Source: a bacterium
Lineage (GTDB): Bacteria; Verrucomicrobiota; Kiritimatiellia; RFP12; UBA1067
Assembly (NCBI GenBank): GCA_963661055.1
Contig: CAVLAC010000001.1
Coordinates: forward strand, 1-42,719
Reading direction: 5' to 3'
DNA: 42,719 bases
The notes beneath the pieces were generated by a model. The model made no database searches and was not told where the DNA came from. It was given only the letters and a program-made list of their open reading frames with translations. A program made the position numbers and the translations under genes. This document shows positions 17,908 to 26,637 of the stretch, one piece after another (position 1 is the first letter of the stretch; each line of letters begins with the position of its first letter).

Positions 17908-17984
17908 TGGTGGGACTGGGGAGAATCGAACTCCCAACCTACGGTTTAGGAAACCGTCGCTCTGTCCAGTTGAGCTACAATCCC
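17908..17984 (-). tRNA. tRNA-Arg (anticodon CCT)
   Basis: 77 nt. Acceptor stem GGGATTG/CAGTCCC, D arm GCTC...GAGC, anticodon stem-loop ACGGT-TTCCTAA-ACCGT, T arm GGGAG-TTCGATT-CTCCC. The 3' CCA is encoded. Confidence 0.9.
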
Positions 17985-17989
17985 AATAA

Positions 17990-18066
17990 TGGCGGGCCTG
18001 GCGGGATTCGAACCCACTACCCGCGGTTTAGAAAACCGCTGCTCTATCCTGATGAGCTACAGGCCC
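17990..18066 (-). tRNA. tRNA-Arg (anticodon TCT)
   Basis: 77 nt. Acceptor stem GGGCCTG/CAGGCCC, anticodon stem-loop GCGGT-TTTCTAA-ACCGC, T loop TTCGAAT. The CCA is encoded. 5 nt from the neighbouring tRNA. Confidence 0.9.
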
Positions 18067-18091
18067 ACACTTTCTGCCGCGCCACGCCTCG

Positions 18092-18444
18092 TGGTGGAGG
18101 TGAGGGGAGTCGAACCCCTGTCCGAAACAGCTCCAACCTAACATCTACGCGTGTAGCTAGCCTTTAATCTCGGCTATCGTACGCGAACTAGCACGCTTAT
18201 CGACAGCCACCCACTCGGTTCGGCTCCCCGCAGCACCCGAGTGGAGAGCCCTGCGGCGAGATCTGCTAAATTATGCCTTACCGCTTAGCAGACATCTGCG
18301 GCTCGACATCGCGGCCGTTAATTAGGCGGCGAGAGCGTAATCGTTGTTCGCAATTACAGTTTGTTCTCGTTTTTTACGTGGCCCACGAGAATCCACGACG
18401 CGCAATCAGACCTCGGCATGTCCCGTCGAAACCGGATCACCCCC
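18092..18444 (-). ncRNA. ssrA: tmRNA (SsrA), tag peptide ANNDYALAA
   Basis: The 5' end is GGGGGTGATCCGGTTTCGACGGG and the 3' end is GGTTCGACTCCCCTCACCTCCACCA. The acceptor stem has the G3:U70 pair. The tag reading frame GCG AAC AAC GAT TAC GCT CTC GCC GCC TAA lies at 18322-18351 (minus strand). Confidence 0.95.
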
Positions 18445-18462
18445 ACGGCTGAAAACGCTAAT

Positions 18463-18492
18463 ATTATACCAAAGTTCGGGCATCCATATCAA
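18463..18492 (-). promoter_or_regulatory. ssrA promoter (TTGATA-18 nt-TGGTATAAT)
   Basis: The reverse complement is TTGATATGGATGCCCGAACTTTGGTATAAT, ending 18 nt upstream of the mature tmRNA 5' end. The priA stop codon (18464-18466) lies inside the -10 hexamer. Confidence 0.6.
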
Positions 18493-20641
18493 GGACAACT
18501 TTCAAATCTTTTGGAGCGGGCCTGGCGGCAATGATCCAGCGCCAGGCATTTATGATGATGCCGGGCTTCTCGGCTCTAATGATAATTTGCCACCGATACC
18601 ATCCGTCGGCTTTCTCTAACGCCGAGGGTACCGCCTCACCCACCGTGAGCCCCTTTATCTTCCCGAGGCTCGCGGAATACATCGGCGCCCACGAAGCCAC
18701 CAGCGCGGCACTTTCGCTCTTCAAATTGATTGCCGCCAAATGACAGAACGGAGGAAAATATCCGTCTTTGCGTGCCTCCAGTTCTTGCCGCGCGAAGGTG
18801 GCGTAATCGCCGCGCGCGGCAGATACAATCGCCATTTCATCGGGTGCATACGCCTGAATAATCGCGTCGCCAGGTAGCGTGGCTCGCCCCGCCCGCCCCG
18901 AGACTTGCGCCAAGAGTTGGTACGTGCGCTCGGCGGCTCTGAAGTCAGGCATATTGAGTGAGCTATCGGCATTCAACACCCCGACCAGCGTCACATTCGG
19001 GAAGTCGAGCCCCTTCGCAATCATCTGAGTGCCAATGAGGATATCCGCTTCGTGGCGGCGAAACGCACCCAAGATGTCGTCATGAGAGTTCTTGCGAGAG
19101 GTCGAGTCCGCGTCCATTCGCAAGATTCGCGCCTGCTTGAAACAGACCTTCAAGGCTTGTTCCGCCCGCTGGGTGCCCACGCCTTTATAGGTGAGGGCAG
19201 GCGAGTGGCACTTCGGACACTCCCCCGGCACGGGAATCCATCCGCCACAAATATGGCACCTCAGACACTGGTCGGCGCGATGGTAGGTATAGGGCAAATC
19301 GCACGCGGGGCAAGTCAGCACATACCCACAATTCTCACAAATGACACTACGGGAGTATCCGCGGCGGTTTAGGAAAAGGATAGTCTGCTCACCTGTCTTA
19401 AGCCGCGAATCGATGGCCTCCAGTAGGGTATGGGAAAAGATCTTGCCGCGATTCTGCGGCGTATTCATATCAACAATTCTTACGCAGGGTAGCGAGGCAT
19501 TCCCCGCCCGCGTCGACATTGTGGCGAGCGCATACTTTCCATTACGGGCATTAAGCCAACTCTCAAGCGATGGGGTCGCCGAGCCGAGAACCACCCGCGC
19601 CCCTTCCAAAGCGCCGCGCATTACCGCGACATCCCTCGCGTGGTAGCGCGGCAGTTCTTCCTGCTTATAGCTCGTCTCGTGTTCTTCGTCGACCACGATG
19701 AGCCCCAAGTTCTTAACCGGAGCAAATACCGCGCTTCGCGGACCCACCGCTACCCGTGCCGCGCCACTGCGAATTCTATGCCACTCATCATATCGCTCGC
19801 CGTCAGAGAGTGCCGAATGAAGTACCGCGACCTTGTCTCCGAAACGGGAAGCAAACCGCTGTACCGTTTGTGGGGTGAGCGAAATCTCAGGCACCATAAC
19901 AATAGCGCCGCGCCCCTTCTCTAGTTCTGCCGCGATGGCTTGTAGGTAAACTTCGGTCTTGCCCGAGCCCGTTATGCCGTGTAAGAGAATCGGACGCTTC
20001 TCGTCCGAAAGTATAAGGTTAAGCGCGGCACTTTGTTCGGCATTCAGCTTCAGGGGGTGGGTCGGCAGGATGCGTCCGCATTTAAAGGGATCGCGGCGTT
20101 TTTGGCGGGGCTCAACTGTGGCAAAGCCTTTCGCGGCAAGTGCTTTTAGGGAAGGTGTTGTCGTCTTTAGCTCTATACAAAGGGGCATCAACCAGCCTCC
20201 GCCGAGGCGAATAAGCTGTTCGTAGAGCCACTTTTGCCGCTCAGAAAGTTCGGCGGTATCCTTTTTAGGGATAGGGTCGACATAAAGGAACTCTTTGGGG
20301 CGTGCGTTGGGCTTTACGACGGCGGCAGGGATTGCCGCCTTAAGGACGCTTTCGAGGGGTGAGGCAGTATACGCGGCAATTCCCTTCACGAGCTTCAGAA
20401 GTGCCGCGCTAAAGAATGGGGTCTTATCGACTATCTCTTTAACCGCCTTAAGTTTCAGGTCTTTCGTTTCTGCCGCGCCCGCCTCTTCAGTGAGAATACT
20501 CAGGGCGTAGCCCCGCGCGGTGCGGTAACCGAAAGGCACAGAAAGGAGCTGACCAACCGCCAGCTCCTTTTCCAGTTCGACCGGTACTTTATAGGTAAAG
20601 AGCCGATCGAGTGCGAGATCTATCGCAACTTTTACGAACAC
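18464..20641 (-). CDS. priA: Primosomal protein N' (replication restart helicase PriA)
   Basis: 725 aa. Walker A GITGSGKTEVY, DEEHE box and the Cys-rich zinc insertion (CENCGYVLTCPACDLPYTYH...CHICG...CPKC). Confidence 0.92.
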   Translation of the reverse strand: MFVKVAIDLALDRLFTYKVPVELEKELAVGQLLSVPFGYRTARGYALSILTEEAGAAETKDLKLKAVKEIVDKTPFFSAALLKLVKGIAAYTASPLESVLKAAIPAAVVKPNARPKEFLYVDPIPKKDTAELSERQKWLYEQLIRLGGGWLMPLCIELKTTTPSLKALAAKGFATVEPRQKRRDPFKCGRILPTHPLKLNAEQSAALNLILSDEKRPILLHGITGSGKTEVYLQAIAAELEKGRGAIVMVPEISLTPQTVQRFASRFGDKVAVLHSALSDGERYDEWHRIRSGAARVAVGPRSAVFAPVKNLGLIVVDEEHETSYKQEELPRYHARDVAVMRGALEGARVVLGSATPSLESWLNARNGKYALATMSTRAGNASLPCVRIVDMNTPQNRGKIFSHTLLEAIDSRLKTGEQTILFLNRRGYSRSVICENCGYVLTCPACDLPYTYHRADQCLRCHICGGWIPVPGECPKCHSPALTYKGVGTQRAEQALKVCFKQARILRMDADSTSRKNSHDDILGAFRRHEADILIGTQMIAKGLDFPNVTLVGVLNADSSLNMPDFRAAERTYQLLAQVSGRAGRATLPGDAIIQAYAPDEMAIVSAARGDYATFARQELEARKDGYFPPFCHLAAINLKSESAALVASWAPMYSASLGKIKGLTVGEAVPSALEKADGWYRWQIIIRAEKPGIIINAWRWIIAARPAPKDLKVVLDMDARTLV

Positions 20642-20644
20642 ACC

Positions 20645-21373
20645 TTAGGGGACGAGATACTTCATCGTCACGCCCTGGGGAATCGTGAAGCTCTGCTTGT
20701 TGTAGATGAGGTAGAGCTTCGCATAACGCGACTTCACGACATTCGCCGCGCCACCCTTGTGGATAATGACGCACGCCTTGTTGCCAAACGGCGCGGCATA
20801 TTCCTTGCCAAGTTCAATCGAGTCCTTCTGGCTCGACATATCGTGGGTGCCCGCCGAAGTCGGGAAGGTATCCGTCGCCGCATTACGCGAGATGATGACA
20901 GGGACGATATCTTCCATCTCGTCGGTAATGCCGCTCGCAATAGCCCAGCCGACATTGTTCTTGGTGAGCGTGCCCGTAAACGCAGGGACGCCCGAACCCG
21001 AGAGAACGCCAATATCGACGCCGCTCACATACGGCGACCAATCGTCCTTGCCATACTGGTCGAGGTCGAAAAGCTTCTTAAAGTAGTCCGTCGCGGTACC
21101 GTACGCCGTGCCCGCAATGTCGTCCGAGTCATCGCTCTTGCCGTCCGTTTCGGTCTGATGAGGCCAGACACTCGTGAGACCCTGCGCTTCACGTTCCGTA
21201 TTCGCCTGAGTAATGCCGACGAACAGGTTGCGCCCGCGCATCGACATTGCCGTCGTATTCGCCGATAGCATGGCGGACGAGATGGCTGGGAACAGCGCAC
21301 CCATCAAGATGCCGAGAATGCCGATCACGACCAGCAGCTCGACCAATGTAAACCCTTTTGTCAGTTTCTTCAT
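20645..21373 (-). CDS. Prepilin-type N-terminal cleavage/methylation domain protein (pilin or pseudopilin-like)
   Basis: 242 aa. The N-terminus MKKLTKGFTLVELLVVIGILGILMGALFPA is the class III signal for the prepilin peptidase. The remainder is not recognisable. Confidence 0.85.
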   Translation of the reverse strand: MKKLTKGFTLVELLVVIGILGILMGALFPAISSAMLSANTTAMSMRGRNLFVGITQANTEREAQGLTSVWPHQTETDGKSDDSDDIAGTAYGTATDYFKKLFDLDQYGKDDWSPYVSGVDIGVLSGSGVPAFTGTLTKNNVGWAIASGITDEMEDIVPVIISRNAATDTFPTSAGTHDMSSQKDSIELGKEYAAPFGNKACVIIHKGGAANVVKSRYAKLYLIYNKQSFTIPQGVTMKYLVP

Positions 21374-21409
21374 AGTTATTTTTTCCTTAGTTTCAATTGT
21401 TGTCCTAGT

Positions 21410-21418
21410 ATTATCTCA
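21410..21418 (-). promoter_or_regulatory. Extended -10-like element (TGAGATAAT) upstream of the pilin-like gene
   Basis: The reverse complement is TTGTGAGATAAT, 36 nt upstream of the ATG at 21373. An AAGGAAAAAA Shine-Dalgarno-like stretch lies between them. Confidence 0.4.
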
Positions 21419-21424
21419 CAATTT

Positions 21425-22048
21425 TCACTTTCTTTCAAGTGCTTTTTTCACATACGGCCAGTATGCGCACGTGTAAGTAATGAAACTTATGAGATTCAAG
21501 ATGATCATAAAACCCTCAATTACATAGCAAAACACGAGCCCTGAGGTCTGTGCTGTTGCTGAAAGTGAGGATTGTATGAAGAGGTAGATATAGATGAGCC
21601 CCGCCGCTGGGAACGAGAGCGCCGTGCGCACTTTGCCGAGCATCATCGCGGCAACATTCGCGCCAAACATCGTGGCGACGGACCGCAAGAAGGTCACCCA
21701 CAAGTCCCGCAAGATGTAGAGAATTGTGAAGACGAGCATAATAATCGCGTGGGTGGTGTTCCCTTGGTGCATAATGAGCCAGGTGAGAGCTGGGAACGCG
21801 ACGACATAAAAGACCTTGTCCATTAAGGGGTCAGCCATCTTGCCGAGCGAACTTACCACATTCCACCGCCGCGCGAGGGCTCCATCAAAGAAGTCCGAAA
21901 ATCCCGAGAGCGCGAGGGCTATGACCGCCCACACACCATAGGTTAGTCCCGTAGAAAACTCCTGCATAATCGCGAGCACCAGCCACGCAATGATGAATGG
22001 CACCCGCGAGAAGGTCAAGATATTGACGAAGATTGAACTACCACTCAC
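21425..22048 (-). CDS. pgsA: CDP-alcohol phosphatidyltransferase (PgsA-like)
   Basis: 207 aa polytopic protein with the signature DFFDGALARRWNVVSSLGKMADPLMDKV (DGx2ARx8Gx3Dx3D). Confidence 0.85.
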   Translation of the reverse strand: MSGSSIFVNILTFSRVPFIIAWLVLAIMQEFSTGLTYGVWAVIALALSGFSDFFDGALARRWNVVSSLGKMADPLMDKVFYVVAFPALTWLIMHQGNTTHAIIMLVFTILYILRDLWVTFLRSVATMFGANVAAMMLGKVRTALSFPAAGLIYIYLFIQSSLSATAQTSGLVFCYVIEGFMIILNLISFITYTCAYWPYVKKALERK

Positions 22049-22416
22049 GCGTTCTCTAGCCCTTCATTTACAACATCCTGCATCGCGGCAAGCGCTTCCT
22101 TGAGCTGGGCAAGCCGCGTCTTAAGGGACTGTATTTCCATTTCCGCCTTCTGGAAGTTGCGACGGGTAGCGAAGAGCTGTTTAAGAACTTCGCCCACATC
22201 GAGATCAAGGTCAGCAAGCTGCATACCATCAGGAATCGGCACAAGTACAGGCTTACCACAGCCCGTGCAGTTAATCTGCAAACCCGCGCCACGATAGTCG
22301 ATGACGAGACTCTTATGGCAATGCGGACAGTCAAATACGATATCCGTATCGCGAATCTCAGCCGCCTCGGACGGAACTTCCGCCGGCGTTTCTTGGCTCG
22401 TTACTACTTCATCCAT
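22045..22416 (-). CDS. Hypothetical zinc-ribbon protein with a C-terminal coiled coil
   Basis: 123 aa. Zinc ribbon CPHCHKSLVIDYRGAGLQINCTGCGKPV (CxxC...CxxC) followed by a heptad-like helix. It has its own promoter and an AAGGAG Shine-Dalgarno. Confidence 0.6.
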   Translation of the reverse strand: MDEVVTSQETPAEVPSEAAEIRDTDIVFDCPHCHKSLVIDYRGAGLQINCTGCGKPVLVPIPDGMQLADLDLDVGEVLKQLFATRRNFQKAEMEIQSLKTRLAQLKEALAAMQDVVNEGLENA

Positions 22417-22443
22417 CTTGTAGCTCCTTTCCTTGATACCTAT

Positions 22444-22452
22444 ATTATACCA
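22444..22452 (-). promoter_or_regulatory. Extended -10 promoter element (TGGTATAAT) for the zinc-ribbon/pgsA unit
   Basis: The reverse complement is AAATTTGGTATAAT, 27 nt upstream of the ATG at 22416. Confidence 0.5.
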
Positions 22453-22455
22453 AAT

Positions 22456-23244
22456 TTAGGGTGTTTCGGGAAGAGGGGCAAACACAATATCTTGTTCGAG
22501 CACCGCGAGCTTCACAGCAAGCAATTTTCGCCGCCGAAGTGCCGCGACAATCGCCTTTTCGGCGAGATGTCCCTCATTACACTCGTGGGAGAGGTGGGCG
22601 AGATGCAAGAACTTGAGCTTTGGCGAGGCATATTTCTCAATAAGTTCCGCCGCCTCATCGTTGGAGAGGTGTCCGTGAGTGCCGCGAATGCGGCACTTGA
22701 GGCTCTCGGGGCGGTCACTTTGGCTCAGCAAAATTGGGTCGTGATTTGCTTCCAATGTCGCCATATCCGCCTCGGCAAGGAACTTGCCGACTGAATCGAG
22801 CGGAGCCCCCAAATCGGTCGCATGAAAGTAGGTCTCATCCCCACATTTCACGAGAAACCCAACAGGATCGGGCACATCGTGGGTAATCGAAAAAGGGGAA
22901 ATCTCGAAAGGTCCTACCTCAAAGGACTGTCCGTCCTCAAAGAGGCTAAAGTCCTCAAACGCGTCAAAGCACCCCTGCGCACAGGTCGCCTCGACCGTCA
23001 TTGGGTTCGCGAAAAGCGGCAAATCAGGGAATTTCTTATGGAGTCCCGCCACACCCTTCACGTGGTCAACATGGTTATGGGTAAAAACCGCGCCGCAAAG
23101 CCGATTTGGGTCAAACTTCGCCGCCTTACAGCGCGTCGCAAAGGTGCGCGGACCAATCCCGCAGTCGATGAGGAGTGCCCCTTTGGGTGCCTCAAGGATG
23201 TAGGCATTGCCGCGACTCCCGCTCGCCAATGAAATAAATCTCAC
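22456..23244 (-). CDS. MBL-fold metallo-hydrolase
   Basis: 262 aa. N-terminal LASGSRGN and metal motif THNHVDHVKG (HxHxDH). Confidence 0.8.
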   Translation of the reverse strand: MRFISLASGSRGNAYILEAPKGALLIDCGIGPRTFATRCKAAKFDPNRLCGAVFTHNHVDHVKGVAGLHKKFPDLPLFANPMTVEATCAQGCFDAFEDFSLFEDGQSFEVGPFEISPFSITHDVPDPVGFLVKCGDETYFHATDLGAPLDSVGKFLAEADMATLEANHDPILLSQSDRPESLKCRIRGTHGHLSNDEAAELIEKYASPKLKFLHLAHLSHECNEGHLAEKAIVAALRRRKLLAVKLAVLEQDIVFAPLPETP

Positions 23245-23261
23245 GCGCTGAGCCTTATCGC

Positions 23262-23759
23262 TTAGAGTACCGTGACGCGGGTAATGACGACGGCTTCCTC
23301 AGGCACATTCTGGTGCGGACCGTGATAACCCGTCTTTACCTTGGCAATCGCGTCCACGACATCCATTCCCTCGACAACCTTACCAAATACGGCATAGCCA
23401 TAGCCCTGCGTAGTCGGTGCGGTGAAGTCCAGGAAGTCATTATCCACTAGGTTAATGAAGAATTGGCTCGTAGCCGAGTCGACGACCATCGTCCGCGCCA
23501 TAGCAATTGTGCCGCGCTTATTCTTGAGTCCGTTCGCCGCCTCATTACGGATGGGCGCTTGGGTCGCCTTTTGGTTCATATCCTTAGTAAACCCACCGCC
23601 CTGAATCATAAAACCATCAATGACGCGGTGGAAAATTGTGCCATCGTAGTGCCCCGAGGTGATGTAAGAGACGAAGTTTTTCACGGTCTCAGGGGCTTTT
23701 TCGTCATCAAGCTCAAGGAGAATTGTCCCTTTGCTCGTTTCCATCTTAGCCTTTTTCAT
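23262..23759 (-). CDS. Peptidyl-prolyl cis-trans isomerase, cyclophilin type
   Basis: 165 aa with [15 protein letters not shown] and full-length cyclophilin similarity. Confidence 0.9.
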   Translation of the reverse strand: MKKAKMETSKGTILLELDDEKAPETVKNFVSYITSGHYDGTIFHRVIDGFMIQGGGFTKDMNQKATQAPIRNEAANGLKNKRGTIAMARTMVVDSATSQFFINLVDNDFLDFTAPTTQGYGYAVFGKVVEGMDVVDAIAKVKTGYHGPHQNVPEEAVVITRVTVL

Positions 23760-23775
23760 AAATCTTTACTCCTTC

Positions 23776-25176
23776 TTAGTTGAGTTGTTCAAAGCCGCGT
23801 GCAATGCGCAAGAGTTGCTCCTCGGCAAATTCCTTGCAGATGAGCTGTACGCCCACGGGAAGCCCCGCCGTCGTAAAGCCCGCCGGAACACTTGCCGCGC
23901 AGACACCCGCCAAAGCACTCGGGATTGTGTAAAGGTCGTTTAGATACATCGTAAGCGGATCTTGCACCTCGCCAATCTTAAAGGCAGGTGTCGGGGCGCA
24001 CGGGGTCAAAAGCGCGTCTACCTTCTGAAACGCCTCCTCGAAGTCCCGTGTAATAAGCGTGCGCACCTTCTGGGCACGCCCATAGTACGCGTCATAATAA
24101 CCGCTTGAAAGTACATAAGTACCCATAATTATGCGGCGTTTGACCTCAGGACCAAAGCCTTCCGCCCGCGACTTCGTGTAGAGCGAGAATACATCCTTCG
24201 CTGCGGCACTGCGGTGCCCATACCGCACCCCATCGAACCGTGCCAAATTGGCACTCGCCTCGGCAGGAGCAATGATGTAGTAAACCGCCATCGCGTATTC
24301 AGTATGCGGAAGCGACACCTCGACAATTTCAGCACCCGCCGCGGCACATTTCGCAACTGCCGCGTCCGTTAGCTTCTTAACTTCGGGGTCAAGTCCCTTA
24401 ACTTCGTAATATTCTTTGGGAAGACCAATCTTAACACCCTTCAAGTCTGCTCCCTCAAGTGCCGCGAGGTAGTTGGGGACAGGCAAATTGGGGGTCGTGC
24501 CATCGTGTTCGTCGTGCCCCGCGAGTGCACCTAAGAGAATTGCCGCGTCCTCGACACTCTTTGTCATAGGACCGACTTGGTCAAGGGAACTTGCAAACGC
24601 CGTCACACCATAGCGACTGACGCGTCCGTAGCTGGGTTTTACCCCGACACAATTACAGAAACTCGCGGGTTGGCGAATCGAGCCGCCTGTATCAGTACCG
24701 AGTGCGGCAATACAGAGGTTGCCCCCGACCGCCGCGGCACTGCCACCCGAACTGCCGCCCGGAACACGCGTCGTATCATAGGGATTCCGCGTCACCCCGA
24801 GGGCTGAGTTCTCGGTCGAACTGCCCATCGCGAACTCGTCCATATTGACGCGCCCCGCAGGAATGAAATCATTCGCCAAGAGCCGCTCGATGACGGTCGC
24901 ATTATAAGGGGAAGTATACCCCTTCAAAATCTTCGAGGCGCAGGTGCAGGGTTGCCCCGCTACATTGATGAGGTCTTTAATCGCAATCGGCACTGCCTTC
25001 GGATTCGCCGCCGCGCGCTTCAGGGCATCTTCTTCATCAAAGGTCAAATAAGCGCCAATCCGTGCATTTTCTTCATGATAGCGGTCGATAATGGCTTGTG
25101 TCAGCTCGACACTCGTGAACTCGCCCTTCGCGAGCCCTTCCCGCGCCGCCTTAATGCCTAATTCATAAAGTTTCAT
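23776..25176 (-). CDS. gatA: Asp-tRNA(Asn)/Glu-tRNA(Gln) amidotransferase subunit A
   Basis: 466 aa with the amidase signature GGSSGGSAAAV and a GatA-like sequence throughout. Confidence 0.92.
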   Translation of the reverse strand: MKLYELGIKAAREGLAKGEFTSVELTQAIIDRYHEENARIGAYLTFDEEDALKRAAANPKAVPIAIKDLINVAGQPCTCASKILKGYTSPYNATVIERLLANDFIPAGRVNMDEFAMGSSTENSALGVTRNPYDTTRVPGGSSGGSAAAVGGNLCIAALGTDTGGSIRQPASFCNCVGVKPSYGRVSRYGVTAFASSLDQVGPMTKSVEDAAILLGALAGHDEHDGTTPNLPVPNYLAALEGADLKGVKIGLPKEYYEVKGLDPEVKKLTDAAVAKCAAAGAEIVEVSLPHTEYAMAVYYIIAPAEASANLARFDGVRYGHRSAAAKDVFSLYTKSRAEGFGPEVKRRIIMGTYVLSSGYYDAYYGRAQKVRTLITRDFEEAFQKVDALLTPCAPTPAFKIGEVQDPLTMYLNDLYTIPSALAGVCAASVPAGFTTAGLPVGVQLICKEFAEEQLLRIARGFEQLN

Positions 25177-25178
25177 AA

Positions 25179-25478
25179 TTAGCTCTCCGCCCCTTCCACA
25201 ATCTTCGGCAACAGGAACTCGTCGTGAACACGCGCAGGGGCATTCGCGAGAGCTGTCTCTACGGGCATCGAGGGCTTAACCTCATCCTCCCGAAACGCAT
25301 TCACCAAGCGGTAGCCGTGCATCATAGGTTCGACATTCGTCACGTCAACGGACGCAATCTTCTCCACATACTTAACGATGTTCTCAAGTTGGGGCTGAAA
25401 AGTCGCCTTTTCTTCGTCCGTAAGCTCCAGTCGCGCGAGTTCCGCGACATACGCGACATCAATCTTTGAATCCGCCAT
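25179..25478 (-). CDS. gatC: Asp-tRNA(Asn)/Glu-tRNA(Gln) amidotransferase subunit C
   Basis: GatC-like sequence MADSKIDVAYVAELARLELTDEEKATFQPQLENIVKYVEKI. I start at the internal ATG at 25478, one nt after the tolB stop, rather than at 25562, which would overlap tolB by 83 nt. Confidence 0.85.
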   Translation of the reverse strand: MADSKIDVAYVAELARLELTDEEKATFQPQLENIVKYVEKIASVDVTNVEPMMHGYRLVNAFREDEVKPSMPVETALANAPARVHDEFLLPKIVEGAES

Positions 25479-25479
25479 A

Positions 25480-26625
25480 TTACTTACTCCAGCTAGGGGT
25501 AATTGCACGCCCCGCAATCTTAAAGAGTTGCCGTGGTGCGTCGCCACCCTCTTCCGTATCAATCAAATAGAGTACGCCATCACTTTCGGCGACGATGTGC
25601 CGTCCGTCCCGTGCCCAAGTCGGGTGCTCCCAATTGCCAGGGCTCGTCACAAGCCGCGCCTCGCGATCGCCCTTAGCAGGCTCAATAACCGCGATTTGGC
25701 GTCCGCCCGCCCGCTTTGAGACATAGCAAATGCGCCCATCCTTACCCCAATCGGGGTCGACATTCTGGGTGCCCTGAGTCGTAATCCGCCGCGTCGCTTT
25801 GGAAGCGACATCTATAATATAGAGGTGCTGCCGCCGCGTTTCATCCGAGACATAGACGATTTTCTTGCCGTCGGGACTCCATGCTGGCTGTCCCTCGCTC
25901 GCTTTGGGAGTCTTTGTAAGCCGCCGCCACGAATCGGACGCGGGGTCAATCACATAGAGTTCGGGGTTGCCATGTACCGAGAGGACTATCGCGACCAAAT
26001 TCGCGTCTGGCGAAATCACCGCACCCGTCGTGAGCCCACGGAAACTCCACTTAAGCTTGCGTGCCCCTGTCTGGGCATTAATCTCAAAGATTTGTGGGGC
26101 TTCATTCAGATAGCCCGTATAGAAAAGCGTATTCGCGTCCTTCCAGCGAGGGCCAACGGACGCTTTCCCGTCTCGCGTCAAACGCCGCACATCGGAGCCA
26201 TCCGCATAACCTGTGCAAAGTTCGCCTGACTTGCCATTTTTATTCACAAAAGCGATGGGGGCGGTCGCGAAGCCCTTTTGATTGGCGTAAGTCTCGCAAA
26301 GTTTATCCGAGAAAGCCCGCGCCGCCATACGCCGCGCCTTTTCATCGCCTGTCGGAGACTGTACCGTCAGCGATTTGCCGCGCCCTTTCGCCGTAATTGC
26401 CCCACCTGCCGCGCCAGTCACCTGAATGGGCGCGCCTTCCATAACCTTAAACGCACCCGAGAGCGTCAAATTGCGCGTCAGCGTCTTTTGGTAGACGGGA
26501 TCACCGACATTAACCGAAATCGCGAGCTTTTCCGCCCCCGCCTTATCGACATCAATTACCGTCTGCGCCGAGAGGCTACCCCCCAAAACCGCCGCGATCG
26601 CGGCACAAAATAATGCTTTTGTCAT
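25480..26625 (-). CDS. tolB: TolB-like periplasmic beta-propeller protein
   Basis: 381 aa. Signal peptide, TolB-type N-terminal domain and repeated WSPDG-type blades (PAWSPDGKKIVYVSD, PTWARDGRHIV). Confidence 0.75.
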   Translation of the reverse strand: MTKALFCAAIAAVLGGSLSAQTVIDVDKAGAEKLAISVNVGDPVYQKTLTRNLTLSGAFKVMEGAPIQVTGAAGGAITAKGRGKSLTVQSPTGDEKARRMAARAFSDKLCETYANQKGFATAPIAFVNKNGKSGELCTGYADGSDVRRLTRDGKASVGPRWKDANTLFYTGYLNEAPQIFEINAQTGARKLKWSFRGLTTGAVISPDANLVAIVLSVHGNPELYVIDPASDSWRRLTKTPKASEGQPAWSPDGKKIVYVSDETRRQHLYIIDVASKATRRITTQGTQNVDPDWGKDGRICYVSKRAGGRQIAVIEPAKGDREARLVTSPGNWEHPTWARDGRHIVAESDGVLYLIDTEEGGDAPRQLFKIAGRAITPSWSK

Positions 26626-26637
26626 CTTTTTACCTTC

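Noticed and set aside
17907-18167. 86-aa plus-strand ORF, and the 91-aa ORF at 18344-18619.
   Set aside because: They overlap the two tRNA-Arg genes and tmRNA on the opposite strand. The structured RNA genes explain the sequence fully.
22045-22416. Zinc-ribbon/coiled-coil protein plus MBL hydrolase as a possible small defence or toxin module.
   Set aside because: The zinc-ribbon gene has its own promoter and overlaps pgsA, which gives it a housekeeping operon context. MBL-fold hydrolases of this type are common core genes. No supporting signal was seen.
25479-25562. N-terminal extension of the gatC ORF (track start 25562). Likewise extensions of pcnB (15811), argJ (27942) and SNF2 (29296).
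   Set aside because: The extensions overlap upstream genes or promoter elements and do not resemble the conserved N-termini. Internal ATGs give canonical N-termini, some with Shine-Dalgarno sequences.
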